Assembly: GCA_963523075.1 (NCBI GenBank)
Contig: CAURBW010000027.1
Location: 5,260 to 69,259, forward strand
Reading direction: 5' to 3'
DNA: 64,000 nucleotides
From: an uncultured Clostridium sp.
GTDB taxonomy: Bacteria; Bacillota; Clostridia; Lachnospirales; Lachnospiraceae
The translations under genes and the position numbers were made by a program. Positions 1 to 11,497 of the stretch are shown one piece after another. The notes beneath the pieces were generated by a model, which had not been told where the DNA came from, did no database searches, and saw only the letters and a list, made by a program, of their open reading frames with translations. The stretch's first letter is position 1. Every line of letters starts with the position of its first letter.

Positions 1-525
1 GTAGACACCACACTGCTGCGCAAGAAAATCGGCATGGTGTTCCAGCAGCCCAATCCGTTTCCCATGAGTATCTATGACAACGTCGCTTACGGACCCAGAA
101 TTCATGGGATCAAGAATAAATCGGAACTTGATGACATTGTGGAAAAAAGCTTAAAAGGAGCGGCACTTTGGGAGGAAGTTTCCGGGCGGTTAAAAAAATC
201 AGCACTTGGTCTTTCCGGCGGTCAGCAGCAGCGTCTCTGCATCGCAAGAGCTTTAGCTGTAGAACCAGAGGTTCTGTTGATGGATGAACCCACTTCAGCC
301 CTTGATCCTATCTCCACCTTGAAAATCGAGGACTTAATGGATGAACTGAAGGAAAAATATACAGTTGCAATCGTAACCCACAACATGCAGCAGGCAACCC
401 GTATTGCTGATCACACCGCTTTCTTTCTGGTGGGTGAGGTTGTGGAATTCGCTCCTACTACTGAGCTTTTTACAGCTCCTAAGGATTCCAGGACAGAGGA
501 TTATATTACAGGCCGTTTCGGCTGA
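1..525 (+). CDS. pstB: Phosphate ABC transporter ATP-binding protein (5' end outside window)
   Basis: Frame open from base 1; [28 protein letters not shown] signature, [13 protein letters not shown]-terminal YITGRFG. Confidence 0.95.
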   Translation, partial: VDTTLLRKKIGMVFQQPNPFPMSIYDNVAYGPRIHGIKNKSELDDIVEKSLKGAALWEEVSGRLKKSALGLSGGQQQRLCIARALAVEPEVLLMDEPTSALDPISTLKIEDLMDELKEKYTVAIVTHNMQQATRIADHTAFFLVGEVVEFAPTTELFTAPKDSRTEDYITGRFG

Positions 526-559
526 TTCATTTTTAAATATATTAAAAGGAGAAACAGAC

Positions 560-1222
560 ATGACAACAAGAGTAAATTATGAACATGAATTAAATCTTTT
601 AAATGATGATATAAAGGAGATGGGACGATTAGTGGAAAATTCCATTGAGCAGTGTTTTATCGCCTTTGAAGATCAGGATTTTGAAAAAGCGGAGGATATC
701 ATAAAGGGTGACCGTACCATTAATGATTTAGAGCGCTCCATTGAGGCCCGCTGCCTCTCCCTGATTCTTCGTCAACAGCCGGTAGCCGGTGACTTGAGAG
801 TGGTTTCCAGTGCTTTAAAGGTTGTTACGGATTTGGAGAGAATCGGAGATCATGCATCTGATATTGCAGAATTGATACTTCGTATTAAAGGGGAGCATGT
901 CTATCATGTAGTACGCCATATTCCTTCCATGGCAACTGCTGCCAGAGAAATGGTGCGCAGTTCCATTGAAGCTTTTATCAAACAGGATCTGGATACAGCA
1001 AAGGAAATTGAGAAGCAGGATGACGTGGTAGATGAGCTGTTTGGCAAGGTAAAAGTTGATGTAGTGGATTTATTAAAACAGTCTACCGAGCATATTGACC
1101 AGTGTATCGATTTGCTGATGATTGCCAAATATCTGGAACGAATCGGAGATCATGCGGTAAATGTATGCGAATGGACAGAGTTTTCTAAAACAGGTGCTCT
1201 GAAAAATGTCCGGATTTTATGA
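560..1222 (+). CDS. phoU: Phosphate uptake regulator PhoU
   Basis: Two LERIGDHA repeats; follows pstB; AAGGAG RBS before ATG at 560 (track start at 404 is an overextension). Confidence 0.95.
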   Translation: MTTRVNYEHELNLLNDDIKEMGRLVENSIEQCFIAFEDQDFEKAEDIIKGDRTINDLERSIEARCLSLILRQQPVAGDLRVVSSALKVVTDLERIGDHASDIAELILRIKGEHVYHVVRHIPSMATAAREMVRSSIEAFIKQDLDTAKEIEKQDDVVDELFGKVKVDVVDLLKQSTEHIDQCIDLLMIAKYLERIGDHAVNVCEWTEFSKTGALKNVRIL

Positions 1223-1237
1223 TCTGCGTACAATATA

Positions 1238-1282
1238 ATGGTGCCGCATAACAGTTGTCTAATGACTGTTATGCGGCACCAT
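1238..1282. terminator. Long inverted repeat between convergent phoU and HPr genes, probable bidirectional terminator
   Basis: atggtgccgcataacagt...actgttatgcggcaccat, 18-bp arms. Confidence 0.7.
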
Positions 1283-1311
1283 TCGTGTTATGCAAGGTAT
1301 GTAGTCTTAAG

Positions 1312-1584
1312 TTATTCCCCGCAATTGTCTTTTATAAATGCTGCCGCTGCTTCCAGCGCTTCTATTGCATCTGCCCCGTTTGCTTCAAATGTAAGAACGT
1401 CCCCCATACCTGCATCCAATGCCATAACTGAAATAATATCTTTCGGCTGGTACCTTTTTGAAATCAATTCATTTTTGTACACCTGAATGTCGCATTGATA
1501 CTCTTTTAAAAGTCTGACAAGCTGCAATGCGGGTCTGGCGTGAAGTCCCAATGGATTTGTAATTAATACACTTCGTTTTTCCAA
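1312..1584 (-). CDS. HPr-family phosphocarrier protein
   Basis: NPLGLHARPA motif; last gene of PTS operon; TTG start. Confidence 0.9.
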   Translation of the reverse strand: MEKRSVLITNPLGLHARPALQLVRLLKEYQCDIQVYKNELISKRYQPKDIISVMALDAGMGDVLTFEANGADAIEALEAAAAFIKDNCGE

Positions 1585-1631
1585 GTTCAGATTCTCCCTC
1601 TCAGTTGACTGATGCCTGTCAGATTTGATTG

Positions 1632-3065
<1,434 letters not shown>

Positions 3066-4916
3066 TTAAAGTACTGTGAAAAGTGGCTGCCCACTTTCAA
3101 CAGACCCCTCTTCACTTGCGATTATATCCAGATAATCCCCTGTATTTGTCACAATAACAGGGACTACTGTTTCGTATCCTGCTGTTTCAATTGCCTGTTT
3201 ATCAAATTCCATCAAAAGATCCCCTGTTTTTACAATATCCCCATCTGTTACATGAGCGGTAAAGTGCTTTCCCTCCAGCTCCACCGTATCGATTCCAATG
3301 TGGATCATTAATTCCACTCCCTCACTGCTCCTTAGTCCGATAACATGCTTTGTCCGGAATACAGTTACAACCGTGCCGTCAAACGGAGCAGTAATTCTGC
3401 CGTCTGCAGGTTCTACTGCCATCCCTTTTCCTGTAATTTCTTTCGCAAATGTCTCATCGCTTACCTTTGAAAGGTTCACTTTTCTGCCATTAACAGGGCT
3501 GTATATAATGATTTTTTTACTCTTTGGTTCCTGTTTTCCTGCTTCACTTTCTTTATCCAATCCCCCAGCTGCACCAGTTTCCGGTTCTTTAAATCCATAA
3601 AACCAGGTTAATACAAAGGTTATGCCAAATCCAATCGCACAGGAAATGAGAGCATGTATCACATTCATTGGATTTTCCCCAATAAAGATTGGCAGAGAAA
3701 GAAGGCCGGGAGTACCTGATGTATAACGGACCACGCCCATTAAGCCAGCGTAAAAACCACCAACCGCACCTCCAAGCATAACCGAAAGCAGTACTTTCTT
3801 ATATTTGATACTGACTCCGTACATGGCAGGTTCTGTAATTCCCATTAAAGCAGTAATTCCTGCAGACGATGCCTGCTGTTTAAACTGTCTGTCTTTTGTT
3901 TTAAGCGCCACGCATAACGCAGCAGCACCCTGACAGATATTTGAAACCAGACTTCCAGGCCCCATAACAGCTTCATATCCGTAAGTAGTGTAGGACGTCA
4001 TCAATATAGGCAGAAAGCTCCAATGCATACCTGTTAAAACCAGAAGCGGCATAAAAGCACCCATGAGCATGGGAACCAGCCAGCTTACACGGCTGTTAAG
4101 AAAATCTGTTACAGCTGCAATCACCGTACCGACATAGGAACCCAGAGGTCCAAGGACGATTAATACTACTGGCGCAACAATTAAAATCGTCAAAACCGGT
4201 TTCATGAAAAATTTTACCGGCTTGGGTGAAATCTTATCCGCGAACCGTTCCACATAGACCATCAGCCAGACTGCCAGTATAATCGGAATTACACTGGATC
4301 CATAATTAACCAGTTTAACAGGAAGTCCCAGAAAGAAAACCGGATCACCTGCAGATACCATTTTAGCAAAATTGGGGTGAAGCAAAATGCCACCCATCAT
4401 AACTGCCAGATAGGGGTTACAGCCCAGCTTCTTTGCAGACGAAAATGCCAGCATAACCGGCAAAAAGTAAAAACCGGCATCCGCAATGAAGTTTAATATG
4501 GAGTAAACCTGAGACTCTTTATTCATTCCAAGGAGAACGCAAATTACTAAAATTGCTTTTATCATACCCGCAGCAGTAATTGCCGGAATGACCGGAGTAA
4601 AAATGGAAGCAAAAATATCCATTAAAGCATCTAACTTTCCTGTTTTTTTAACAGGTGCTGCTGATTCGTCAATCCGCCCCATCTTTCTTATCTCATCACA
4701 AACGTTTGATACATCGGTACCTATAATGATCTGATACTGTCCTGATTTCTTCGCAGCCCCCAGCACACCGTTTATTCGCTTTATTTTGTTTAAATCAATC
4801 TTCGATTCATCCTTAAAATTCATTCTAAGGCGTGTAGCGCAATTATTCAGCTGTATTATATTTTCGCTTCCGCCTACATGCTCTAATATTTCTTTCGCCA
4901 ATTCATAATGATTCAT
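3066..4916 (-). CDS. PTS beta-glucoside transporter EIIBCA
   Basis: NCATRLR (EIIB), GITEPAMYG (EIIC), IHIGIDTV (EIIA). Confidence 0.93.
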   Translation of the reverse strand: MNHYELAKEILEHVGGSENIIQLNNCATRLRMNFKDESKIDLNKIKRINGVLGAAKKSGQYQIIIGTDVSNVCDEIRKMGRIDESAAPVKKTGKLDALMDIFASIFTPVIPAITAAGMIKAILVICVLLGMNKESQVYSILNFIADAGFYFLPVMLAFSSAKKLGCNPYLAVMMGGILLHPNFAKMVSAGDPVFFLGLPVKLVNYGSSVIPIILAVWLMVYVERFADKISPKPVKFFMKPVLTILIVAPVVLIVLGPLGSYVGTVIAAVTDFLNSRVSWLVPMLMGAFMPLLVLTGMHWSFLPILMTSYTTYGYEAVMGPGSLVSNICQGAAALCVALKTKDRQFKQQASSAGITALMGITEPAMYGVSIKYKKVLLSVMLGGAVGGFYAGLMGVVRYTSGTPGLLSLPIFIGENPMNVIHALISCAIGFGITFVLTWFYGFKEPETGAAGGLDKESEAGKQEPKSKKIIIYSPVNGRKVNLSKVSDETFAKEITGKGMAVEPADGRITAPFDGTVVTVFRTKHVIGLRSSEGVELMIHIGIDTVELEGKHFTAHVTDGDIVKTGDLLMEFDKQAIETAGYETVVPVIVTNTGDYLDIIASEEGSVESGQPLFTVL

Positions 4917-5006
4917 AATATTCTCCTGTTTTGAGGTTAATATCTATATAAAATAAAAAGGTGTCGACGTTCCTTTTTATTAAATCGTGATTTGCTGTTA
5001 CTGACT

Positions 5007-5876
5007 TCACCGGGGTGCGTTACTGTTCTCTTTCATCTCCCTTTCTGCAACCCGGTTGATATGCAGCATAAAATAGATCATTTCTTCCTGGGAAATTGTA
5101 ATATCAAATTTTTTAATAAAATAGTCCTTAACTTTATCTGCGCATGCTTTTGCCTGAGGCATTTTCGTTTTTATCTGATCATAAAGGAAATTATCTTCTG
5201 ACATAAATATTTCTTTTTTTAACAGCCTTCTTGCAAAAAAACGAATATGAGTGACAAAACGGCTATAGTTTAACGTATTTTCGTCTAATTCGATTTGATA
5301 ATGGTATTTGACAAGATTTAAAATATCATGTTCTATTTCAGCCACAGCCATCGTCTGCTGGATCTCTTCACCATCCTGCTGCGCATTTATAAAGTGAAGC
5401 GCAATAAATCCTATTTCATCATCAGAAAGATGAATTTTTTCATAATATCTGATTAATTTGAGGGAATTTACTGCTGCCCCATATTCCTTTGGATAATAGT
5501 TCTTTATCTCCCAGAGTAAAGCGTTTTTTATCGTCAAACCTGTTTTGTATCTGGATATGGTATAGCTGATGTGATCTGTTAATCCAATATAAATACTGTC
5601 GTGAAATGTAACCTCCAGTTCTTTCTGGGCCTGTTCTATAATTTTATTTGCCAGCTCTACCTGATTTAACGGAACTTCCTTTAATAAGCTAATATATTTA
5701 GAATAGGTTTCGGGGGATTCGAATATAAATTTTTTATCAATTTTATCAACGTCTGCTAAATCTCCGATCTGTTTCTGAAATGCGATTCCTCTTCCTAAGA
5801 GTATCACTTCAGACATGTTATCATCTTCCGCTAAAATAATATTGTTGTTGTATATTTTTTTAACATGATAATTCAT
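5007..5876 (-). CDS. BglG/LicT-family transcriptional antiterminator
   Basis: CAT domain (KKIYNNN...GRGIAFQK) plus two PRD domains; GGAGG RBS before ATG at 5876. Confidence 0.92.
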   Translation of the reverse strand: MNYHVKKIYNNNIILAEDDNMSEVILLGRGIAFQKQIGDLADVDKIDKKFIFESPETYSKYISLLKEVPLNQVELANKIIEQAQKELEVTFHDSIYIGLTDHISYTISRYKTGLTIKNALLWEIKNYYPKEYGAAVNSLKLIRYYEKIHLSDDEIGFIALHFINAQQDGEEIQQTMAVAEIEHDILNLVKYHYQIELDENTLNYSRFVTHIRFFARRLLKKEIFMSEDNFLYDQIKTKMPQAKACADKVKDYFIKKFDITISQEEMIYFMLHINRVAEREMKENSNAPR

Positions 5877-5899
5877 CTTCTGATTCCTCCCTATTAAAT

Positions 5900-5976
5900 A
5901 AAAAACACCTAAACCAGCATGCATAGTTTCATACGCACACTAATTTAGGTGTTGCCTGCTGAACAGTTACAATCCC
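5900..5976 (-). promoter_or_regulatory. RAT antiterminator overlapping a leader terminator
   Basis: Minus strand GGGATTGTAACTGTTCAGCAGGCAACACCTAA matches the RAT consensus and overlaps hairpin AACACCTAAA...TTTAGGTGTT followed by a T run. Confidence 0.88.
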
Positions 5977-6073
5977 ACTATAGTAATATCAGTATAACAT
6001 ATTATAGCCAGGTATAACAACTGTGTATCATTACATATTAACCGATAGTTTTTTGTGCAACTTATACAACATT

Positions 6074-7234
6074 TCAGGTATGACTGCCAGTTTTCCCGAC
6101 TATTCCCACACCTCTGCAATATGTCTCCACTACATCATAAGAATCATTCAGAACCACAAGATCCGCATCGTATCCGGCATTCAAACGCCCTTTCCTGTCA
6201 TCCACTCCCAGACACTTTGCCGGATTTATGGTACAGGAATTGAGTGCAGAATCAAAAGGAACCATGGCTTCCTCCACCAGGAGCTTAAGCCCCTTGTTCA
6301 TCTTTAAGGTACTGCCTGCTATGGTTTCCGTTCCTTTTAAATATGCAAGGCCATTCTCCCTGACTTCGATGTCATGCCCGCCCAGCTGGTACTGACCTCC
6401 TGCCGGACAATTCTTGGCTCTCAGGGAATCACTGATCATGATGGCATAATCCCTGCCTTTTGCCGTATAATAGTTATTTAAGGCTGCCAGGTGGCTGTGA
6501 CAGCCATCACAGATGATTTCTCCGTAAATATCCCGTACTCTGAGCGCGGTCCCTACCAGCCCCGGATCCCGGTGGTGATAGGCTGTCATACCATTATAGA
6601 CATGTGTCATGGAGGTAACTCCGTTGGCAATTCCCATGATGGCCTGGTCATACGTAGCCGCTGAATGGCCCATACTCACCACCACACCATGCTTTTTGCA
6701 GTATTTTGTAAGAGCAAAATTTTCGTCCCGTTCGGGGGCAAGCGTGATATATTTAATCTTTCCTTTTGCCGCTTTCTGATAACTCTCAAACTGCTCTACG
6801 GAAGGCTTTGCTATGGCTTCCGGCGGCTGTGCTCCCTTGTACTTCATGTCCAGATAAGGTCCTTCGAAATGAATTCCCAGGATCTCTGCACCTTCGTAAC
6901 CTTCATTTACCACATCTGCTATGTTGGAAACTGCTTTTTCCAGAACTCCGGGCATCTGTGTAACTGTGGTCGGCAAAAGTGCAGTAACCCCTTCTTCGGG
7001 AATCCTTTTAACCCAGTCTCTCAATCCCTGGGGTTCTCCGTCATTGGTATCATAACCATATGCTCCATGGGTATGGATATCAATAAACCCCGGTACAATC
7101 CGGTCGTTTCCATAATCATGATCTGCCGGATGGGTTCCATACACGTTCACTGCTGAAATTTTTCCTTCTGACAGCACAAGCTGTGCCGGAATAAACTGTC
7201 CCGCGAGCCAGACGCGTTTGCTCTGTATTATCAT
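6074..7234 (-). CDS. nagA: N-acetylglucosamine-6-phosphate deacetylase
   Basis: PGFIDIHTHG, GIHFEGPY, THVYNGM, IAGS motifs. Confidence 0.93.
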   Translation of the reverse strand: MIIQSKRVWLAGQFIPAQLVLSEGKISAVNVYGTHPADHDYGNDRIVPGFIDIHTHGAYGYDTNDGEPQGLRDWVKRIPEEGVTALLPTTVTQMPGVLEKAVSNIADVVNEGYEGAEILGIHFEGPYLDMKYKGAQPPEAIAKPSVEQFESYQKAAKGKIKYITLAPERDENFALTKYCKKHGVVVSMGHSAATYDQAIMGIANGVTSMTHVYNGMTAYHHRDPGLVGTALRVRDIYGEIICDGCHSHLAALNNYYTAKGRDYAIMISDSLRAKNCPAGGQYQLGGHDIEVRENGLAYLKGTETIAGSTLKMNKGLKLLVEEAMVPFDSALNSCTINPAKCLGVDDRKGRLNAGYDADLVVLNDSYDVVETYCRGVGIVGKTGSHT

Positions 7235-7380
7235 ATTCGTACTCCTCTCTCCTTCCGGATTCCTATACTGGTGTCACAGACTGAATCTGATCTTTCTTCC
7301 AGTATAAACAGTTATTTTCCGGTTTTCAAGAAGTTTCGAAAATTTTTTTTATTTTATTTCTGTTTTTGAAAATCATATCC

Positions 7381-9600
7381 TTACATAATGGGCCACCGTA
7401 TCGTCACCCGGAATAAATCAGCCTCTGTTTCAACGGTGAGTTTTCCGTTCTGCAGTTCCACAAAACTTTTGGCTATTGCCATTCCAAGGCCGGAGCCTTC
7501 TGTATTGCGGGCCTGATCTCCTCTGGCAAAACGTTCCGTTATCTCCTCCGGATTAAAAGTGAGTTCTGCAGCTGAAATATTTTTTAATATAATAACGACC
7601 CAGCCATTATCTTTTTTCATGTCAATGTAAGCACGCGTTCCAGGCATTGCATATTTTATGATATTGGTCAGGAGATTATCAAAGATACGATACGTCTTCT
7701 GACTGTCCAGAGAAAGTATAATTTTCTCATCGGGTAAGTTCCAGCGAAAATCAATGGTTGATTCCTCAATCTTATCACAAAGCTCAAAACTGACCTCTTT
7801 TAACAGACTGACAATATCAACATCCTCCAGATCCAGAGTCACATTGTTGCTGTTCGCCTTGCTGATCTCAAACAAGTCTTCGATCAGCGCCTTTAACCGC
7901 ATGGATTTCTGTTCCAGAATATCAATATAGGCTTTGCGCTGTTCCGGAGTGGCATGATCATCCTTTAATAAATTAACATAGGTTATTATGGCAGTAAGGG
8001 GTGTCTTTAAATCGTGAGACATATTGCTGATTAAATCGGTTTTCAGTTTCTGGCTTTTTACCTCTTCATCAACTACCACCTTAAGGCCGCTCTGTATCTT
8101 TTGTATTTCTTTCTTAAATGCTTCAAACACACCCAGATCCTCTTCGATTACTACCTCTAAATTCCCTTCGGCAATCTGATTGGTTGCTTTTAACAGCATG
8201 TTGTATTTGCTGCTTAAATACAGGTAGTACTTTCTCATAACGAAAAACAGAATAATGGAGTAAAGGAATAACGCGCCGATACCCAAAAACCACAGGCTGC
8301 ACAAAACAGTCAGAACAATAAAATTCACTGCTGCAATCTTGAAGATTGTCCGGTCTGATTTATCCTGCAAATTGATGTTTGTCAGATATCCGAACAATTT
8401 TCTCAGACTTCTTATCACCCAGCCCCAGAACAGACCGCATATGGTTCTCTCCCTTAAATAACGGCTGATACCAATATGAAACACATCTCTGATACACAGG
8501 ACAGACCAGTAAATGACCGCAAAGGGTACCAGCCACCAGAGAAAATTCCACAGCTTTACCATGATATCCGCTACCACAGGAAGAAAATTGGCACGTAAAA
8601 GTGCATTGTATAAATCCCCCCGGTTTGTCACAGCTACCAGACTGGTAAGCCCTGCGCCAAAGGCAACCGAACCGGCCCCGATGCCTGCCACCAGTTCGAA
8701 TGGAGTTCTTAAAAGACCAACACTGTCTGCAAGTGTCACATCAAAGCAGGAAATGAAAAGAGCAAGAGCAGCCACTGCACAAATCAGCCCGATAAATATA
8801 CGGGTAACACTTCCCGAGTTTTCATAAGCAGTCCAGATATTACCGCTCGTATCCTTCAGCGCGTCTATCTGCTGCTCTGACATGCCATAGGCAAATGTCA
8901 CACTTCTGGGATTGGAAAGCCTTAACTTCCCTTCAGGGAAGTACTCTTCATCGTAATAACTCTCCATGGGATCTGCATCGCCGAAATCCTGAAGCGTATT
9001 GAGTAAGTAAGCTGTATTCTCCCCTCTTACACAGGATATATCCATGCGTCCCAGTTCATCGTAATGCAAAACTGCCTGAAACACGTAATTGCTGTTGTTG
9101 GGGATAAACCGACCTTCTGAATGATCCAATATCACTTTGCCGTTTTCATCTATCATCTGATAATCAATGGAGTTTCGAATGCTCCCGAAATACCGGTTCC
9201 AGTTTTCATATTCCCGGATGCAATTCTTGCGCAGACTCCTTAAATATTCAGTTTTTTCATCCCCCCCATCTGTAAAAACTTCATCATCAAGTGTCACTGC
9301 GCTTTTTTCATATCCACCGCTGCTTCCGGCTTTCAGTTCTGTCTCTGCTTCCGGTAAAAAATACTGAAAGGGCGAAAGTATGTTATTCTGTTCTGCCTGT
9401 GCATCTTCCATTGCCAGGACGTAATTGCCGAAAACCAGGTGCCTTAAAAAAGCATTTTCTTCATATACCGGAGCTCCGTTCCGGGAAGATTCATTTTCAA
9501 AGAAGGGGTACAGCCCCACCATAACGAATGCCGCTGAAAAAACAACTGCAGCCGCAAGAAGCACACTGATTCTATGCCTGTTTTTCAATTTTATATCCAA
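7381..9600 (-). CDS. Membrane sensor histidine kinase
   Basis: Several TM segments; SHDLKTPL H-box; GSGLG G2 box. Confidence 0.92.
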   Translation of the reverse strand: MDIKLKNRHRISVLLAAAVVFSAAFVMVGLYPFFENESSRNGAPVYEENAFLRHLVFGNYVLAMEDAQAEQNNILSPFQYFLPEAETELKAGSSGGYEKSAVTLDDEVFTDGGDEKTEYLRSLRKNCIREYENWNRYFGSIRNSIDYQMIDENGKVILDHSEGRFIPNNSNYVFQAVLHYDELGRMDISCVRGENTAYLLNTLQDFGDADPMESYYDEEYFPEGKLRLSNPRSVTFAYGMSEQQIDALKDTSGNIWTAYENSGSVTRIFIGLICAVAALALFISCFDVTLADSVGLLRTPFELVAGIGAGSVAFGAGLTSLVAVTNRGDLYNALLRANFLPVVADIMVKLWNFLWWLVPFAVIYWSVLCIRDVFHIGISRYLRERTICGLFWGWVIRSLRKLFGYLTNINLQDKSDRTIFKIAAVNFIVLTVLCSLWFLGIGALFLYSIILFFVMRKYYLYLSSKYNMLLKATNQIAEGNLEVVIEEDLGVFEAFKKEIQKIQSGLKVVVDEEVKSQKLKTDLISNMSHDLKTPLTAIITYVNLLKDDHATPEQRKAYIDILEQKSMRLKALIEDLFEISKANSNNVTLDLEDVDIVSLLKEVSFELCDKIEESTIDFRWNLPDEKIILSLDSQKTYRIFDNLLTNIIKYAMPGTRAYIDMKKDNGWVVIILKNISAAELTFNPEEITERFARGDQARNTEGSGLGMAIAKSFVELQNGKLTVETEADLFRVTIRWPIM

Positions 9601-10285
9601 CTCCCCACACCACCTTTAAATATTTAGGTTCCTTCGGATTTAATTCAATCTTTTCCCGGATTTTTCTTATATGCACCATAATGGTATCGGTATTGATGGC
9701 CCGCTCATTCCAGACTCTTTCATAAATTTCTTCTGCCGAAAATACCCTTCCAGGATTTTTCATAAGAAGCGCCAGGATCTTAAATTCAATGGGGGTCAGC
9801 TTTACCAGCTTCTCATCTACTGTAACCTCAACCGTATCTTCATTTAATTCCAGCCCTCCGATGGCATAGACATTGCTTTTCTCTTTCTGTTCCTTCGCTT
9901 CCAGCATATCCATATATTTTCTGTACCGTCTCAGCTGGGAATTCACTCTGGCAAGGAGTTCCATGGGGGTAAAGGGCTTTGCAACATAATCATCCGCCCC
10001 GATATTTAAACCCATAATCTTATCCACTTCTTCTGATTTGGCAGACAGAATAATCACCGGAAAATCAAATTTTTCCCGCAGCTTCACAGTCATGGTAATT
10101 CCATCCATCCGCGGCATCATAACATCAACAATCGCCAGATGGATTTCCTCCTTTTCCAGTATTTTAAGGCCTTCTAAACCGTCTGCAGCCTGAAATACTT
10201 CGTACCCCTGACTTCTTAAGTATATTTCAACTCCCTGCCTGATTTCTTTGTCATCTTCAACTAATAAGATGTGGTTTGCGTCCAT
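9572..10285 (-). CDS. OmpR-family response regulator
   Basis: Receiver (LLVEDD, DVMMP) plus winged helix (VWGVGYK); overlaps kinase start. Confidence 0.94.
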   Translation of the reverse strand: MDANHILLVEDDKEIRQGVEIYLRSQGYEVFQAADGLEGLKILEKEEIHLAIVDVMMPRMDGITMTVKLREKFDFPVIILSAKSEEVDKIMGLNIGADDYVAKPFTPMELLARVNSQLRRYRKYMDMLEAKEQKEKSNVYAIGGLELNEDTVEVTVDEKLVKLTPIEFKILALLMKNPGRVFSAEEIYERVWNERAINTDTIMVHIRKIREKIELNPKEPKYLKVVWGVGYKIEKQA

Positions 10286-10500
10286 GTGATCTCTCCTTAT
10301 CTATCATAATCCGCTGATTCCTCCCAGCGTTCCATGCATTTATTATACCTCACTCCTATATGTTTTCTCTACATTCTTAGGATAAAATACCATTCTTAAA
10401 ATGATTGACAGAGAAAACGAAAGAAATTCTAAAATTCCCCGTACATCTCTGCATGCAAAAAGGTGCCAAGGAAAAACAGCTTCCTTATGCACCTTATAAT

Positions 10501-11451
10501 CTAGATCTCGTTTGTAGTTTTTCTGATATTTGTATCCATCAGTCTGTTAAATCCAAGCCAGCCGTTATTGTCCCCGGCGGCTTTCAGCACTTCTATCATT
10601 GTCTCCATCTTTGCGTCTGTATTATCCGCAAAGTTAAGAGCCAGCGCCTCTATAAGAGCCGGTTTTTTCGGGGAACCGTATTCCAGTTCTCCGTGATGGG
10701 CTAAAATACAATGCTTTAATTCAGTAGCAGACTTCTCCGGGAATCCGGGAATGGTACGGATTCTCTCTCCCACCATCTCTGTTCCGATGATAATGTGTCC
10801 GAGAAGCTGTCCGTCATCGGTGTAATCATTCTCAGGAAATGTGGAAAGTTCTTTTGTCTTTCCGATGTCATGAAACATGGCAGCCGTCAGCAAAAGATCC
10901 CGGTTAATCAAAGGATAGAATCCCGCATAATAATCGCAGAGCTTCACTACACCCAGGGTATGCTCCAGCAGTCCGCCTACAAATCCATGATGTACGCTTT
11001 TGGCTGCAGAGTGGAACTGGAACGCCTTGGCAAATGCTGCATCCTCTATAAAAAAGCTTTCTAAAAGTGCTCTGTAATGAGGGCTTTTTACAGATCGGAT
11101 AAAGCCTGACAGTTCTTCAAACATCACTTTTATATCTTTGGCAGAGACAGGAAGATAATCCCCTGGGATATATTCTCCTTCTTCTGCTTTCCTGATTCTT
11201 TTAATATTCAGCTGATTGGAATTCTGGAACACCGTTACATCTGCATCTATGTATACATAATCCAGAGTCTCAAAGTTTCCGATGCCCGGGGATCCCAGAT
11301 CCCAGATTTTAGCATCTACAGTCCCGGTTTTGTCCTGAAGTATCAGGTTGCCGTACTCCTTTCCTGACTTTGTCAGGGAAATCTGCCTGTTTTTGCATAA
11401 AAACACATCAGAAACATGCATTCCTTCCCGGAATGATTCAATATACTTCAT
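10501..11451 (-). CDS. yhaM: YhaM-family 3'-5' exoribonuclease (OB-fold + HD)
   Basis: LQDKTG OB-fold, HHGFVGGLLEHT, HDIGK, ILAHHG. Confidence 0.85.
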   Translation of the reverse strand: MKYIESFREGMHVSDVFLCKNRQISLTKSGKEYGNLILQDKTGTVDAKIWDLGSPGIGNFETLDYVYIDADVTVFQNSNQLNIKRIRKAEEGEYIPGDYLPVSAKDIKVMFEELSGFIRSVKSPHYRALLESFFIEDAAFAKAFQFHSAAKSVHHGFVGGLLEHTLGVVKLCDYYAGFYPLINRDLLLTAAMFHDIGKTKELSTFPENDYTDDGQLLGHIIIGTEMVGERIRTIPGFPEKSATELKHCILAHHGELEYGSPKKPALIEALALNFADNTDAKMETMIEVLKAAGDNNGWLGFNRLMDTNIRKTTNEI

Positions 11452-11497
11452 TTTTTTCCTCCATATCTCACTGACAGCAACGAGGGAGCCAGGATAG

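Noticed and set aside
404..559. N-terminal extension of PhoU in the ORF track
   Set aside because: Overlaps pstB; a good RBS precedes ATG 560
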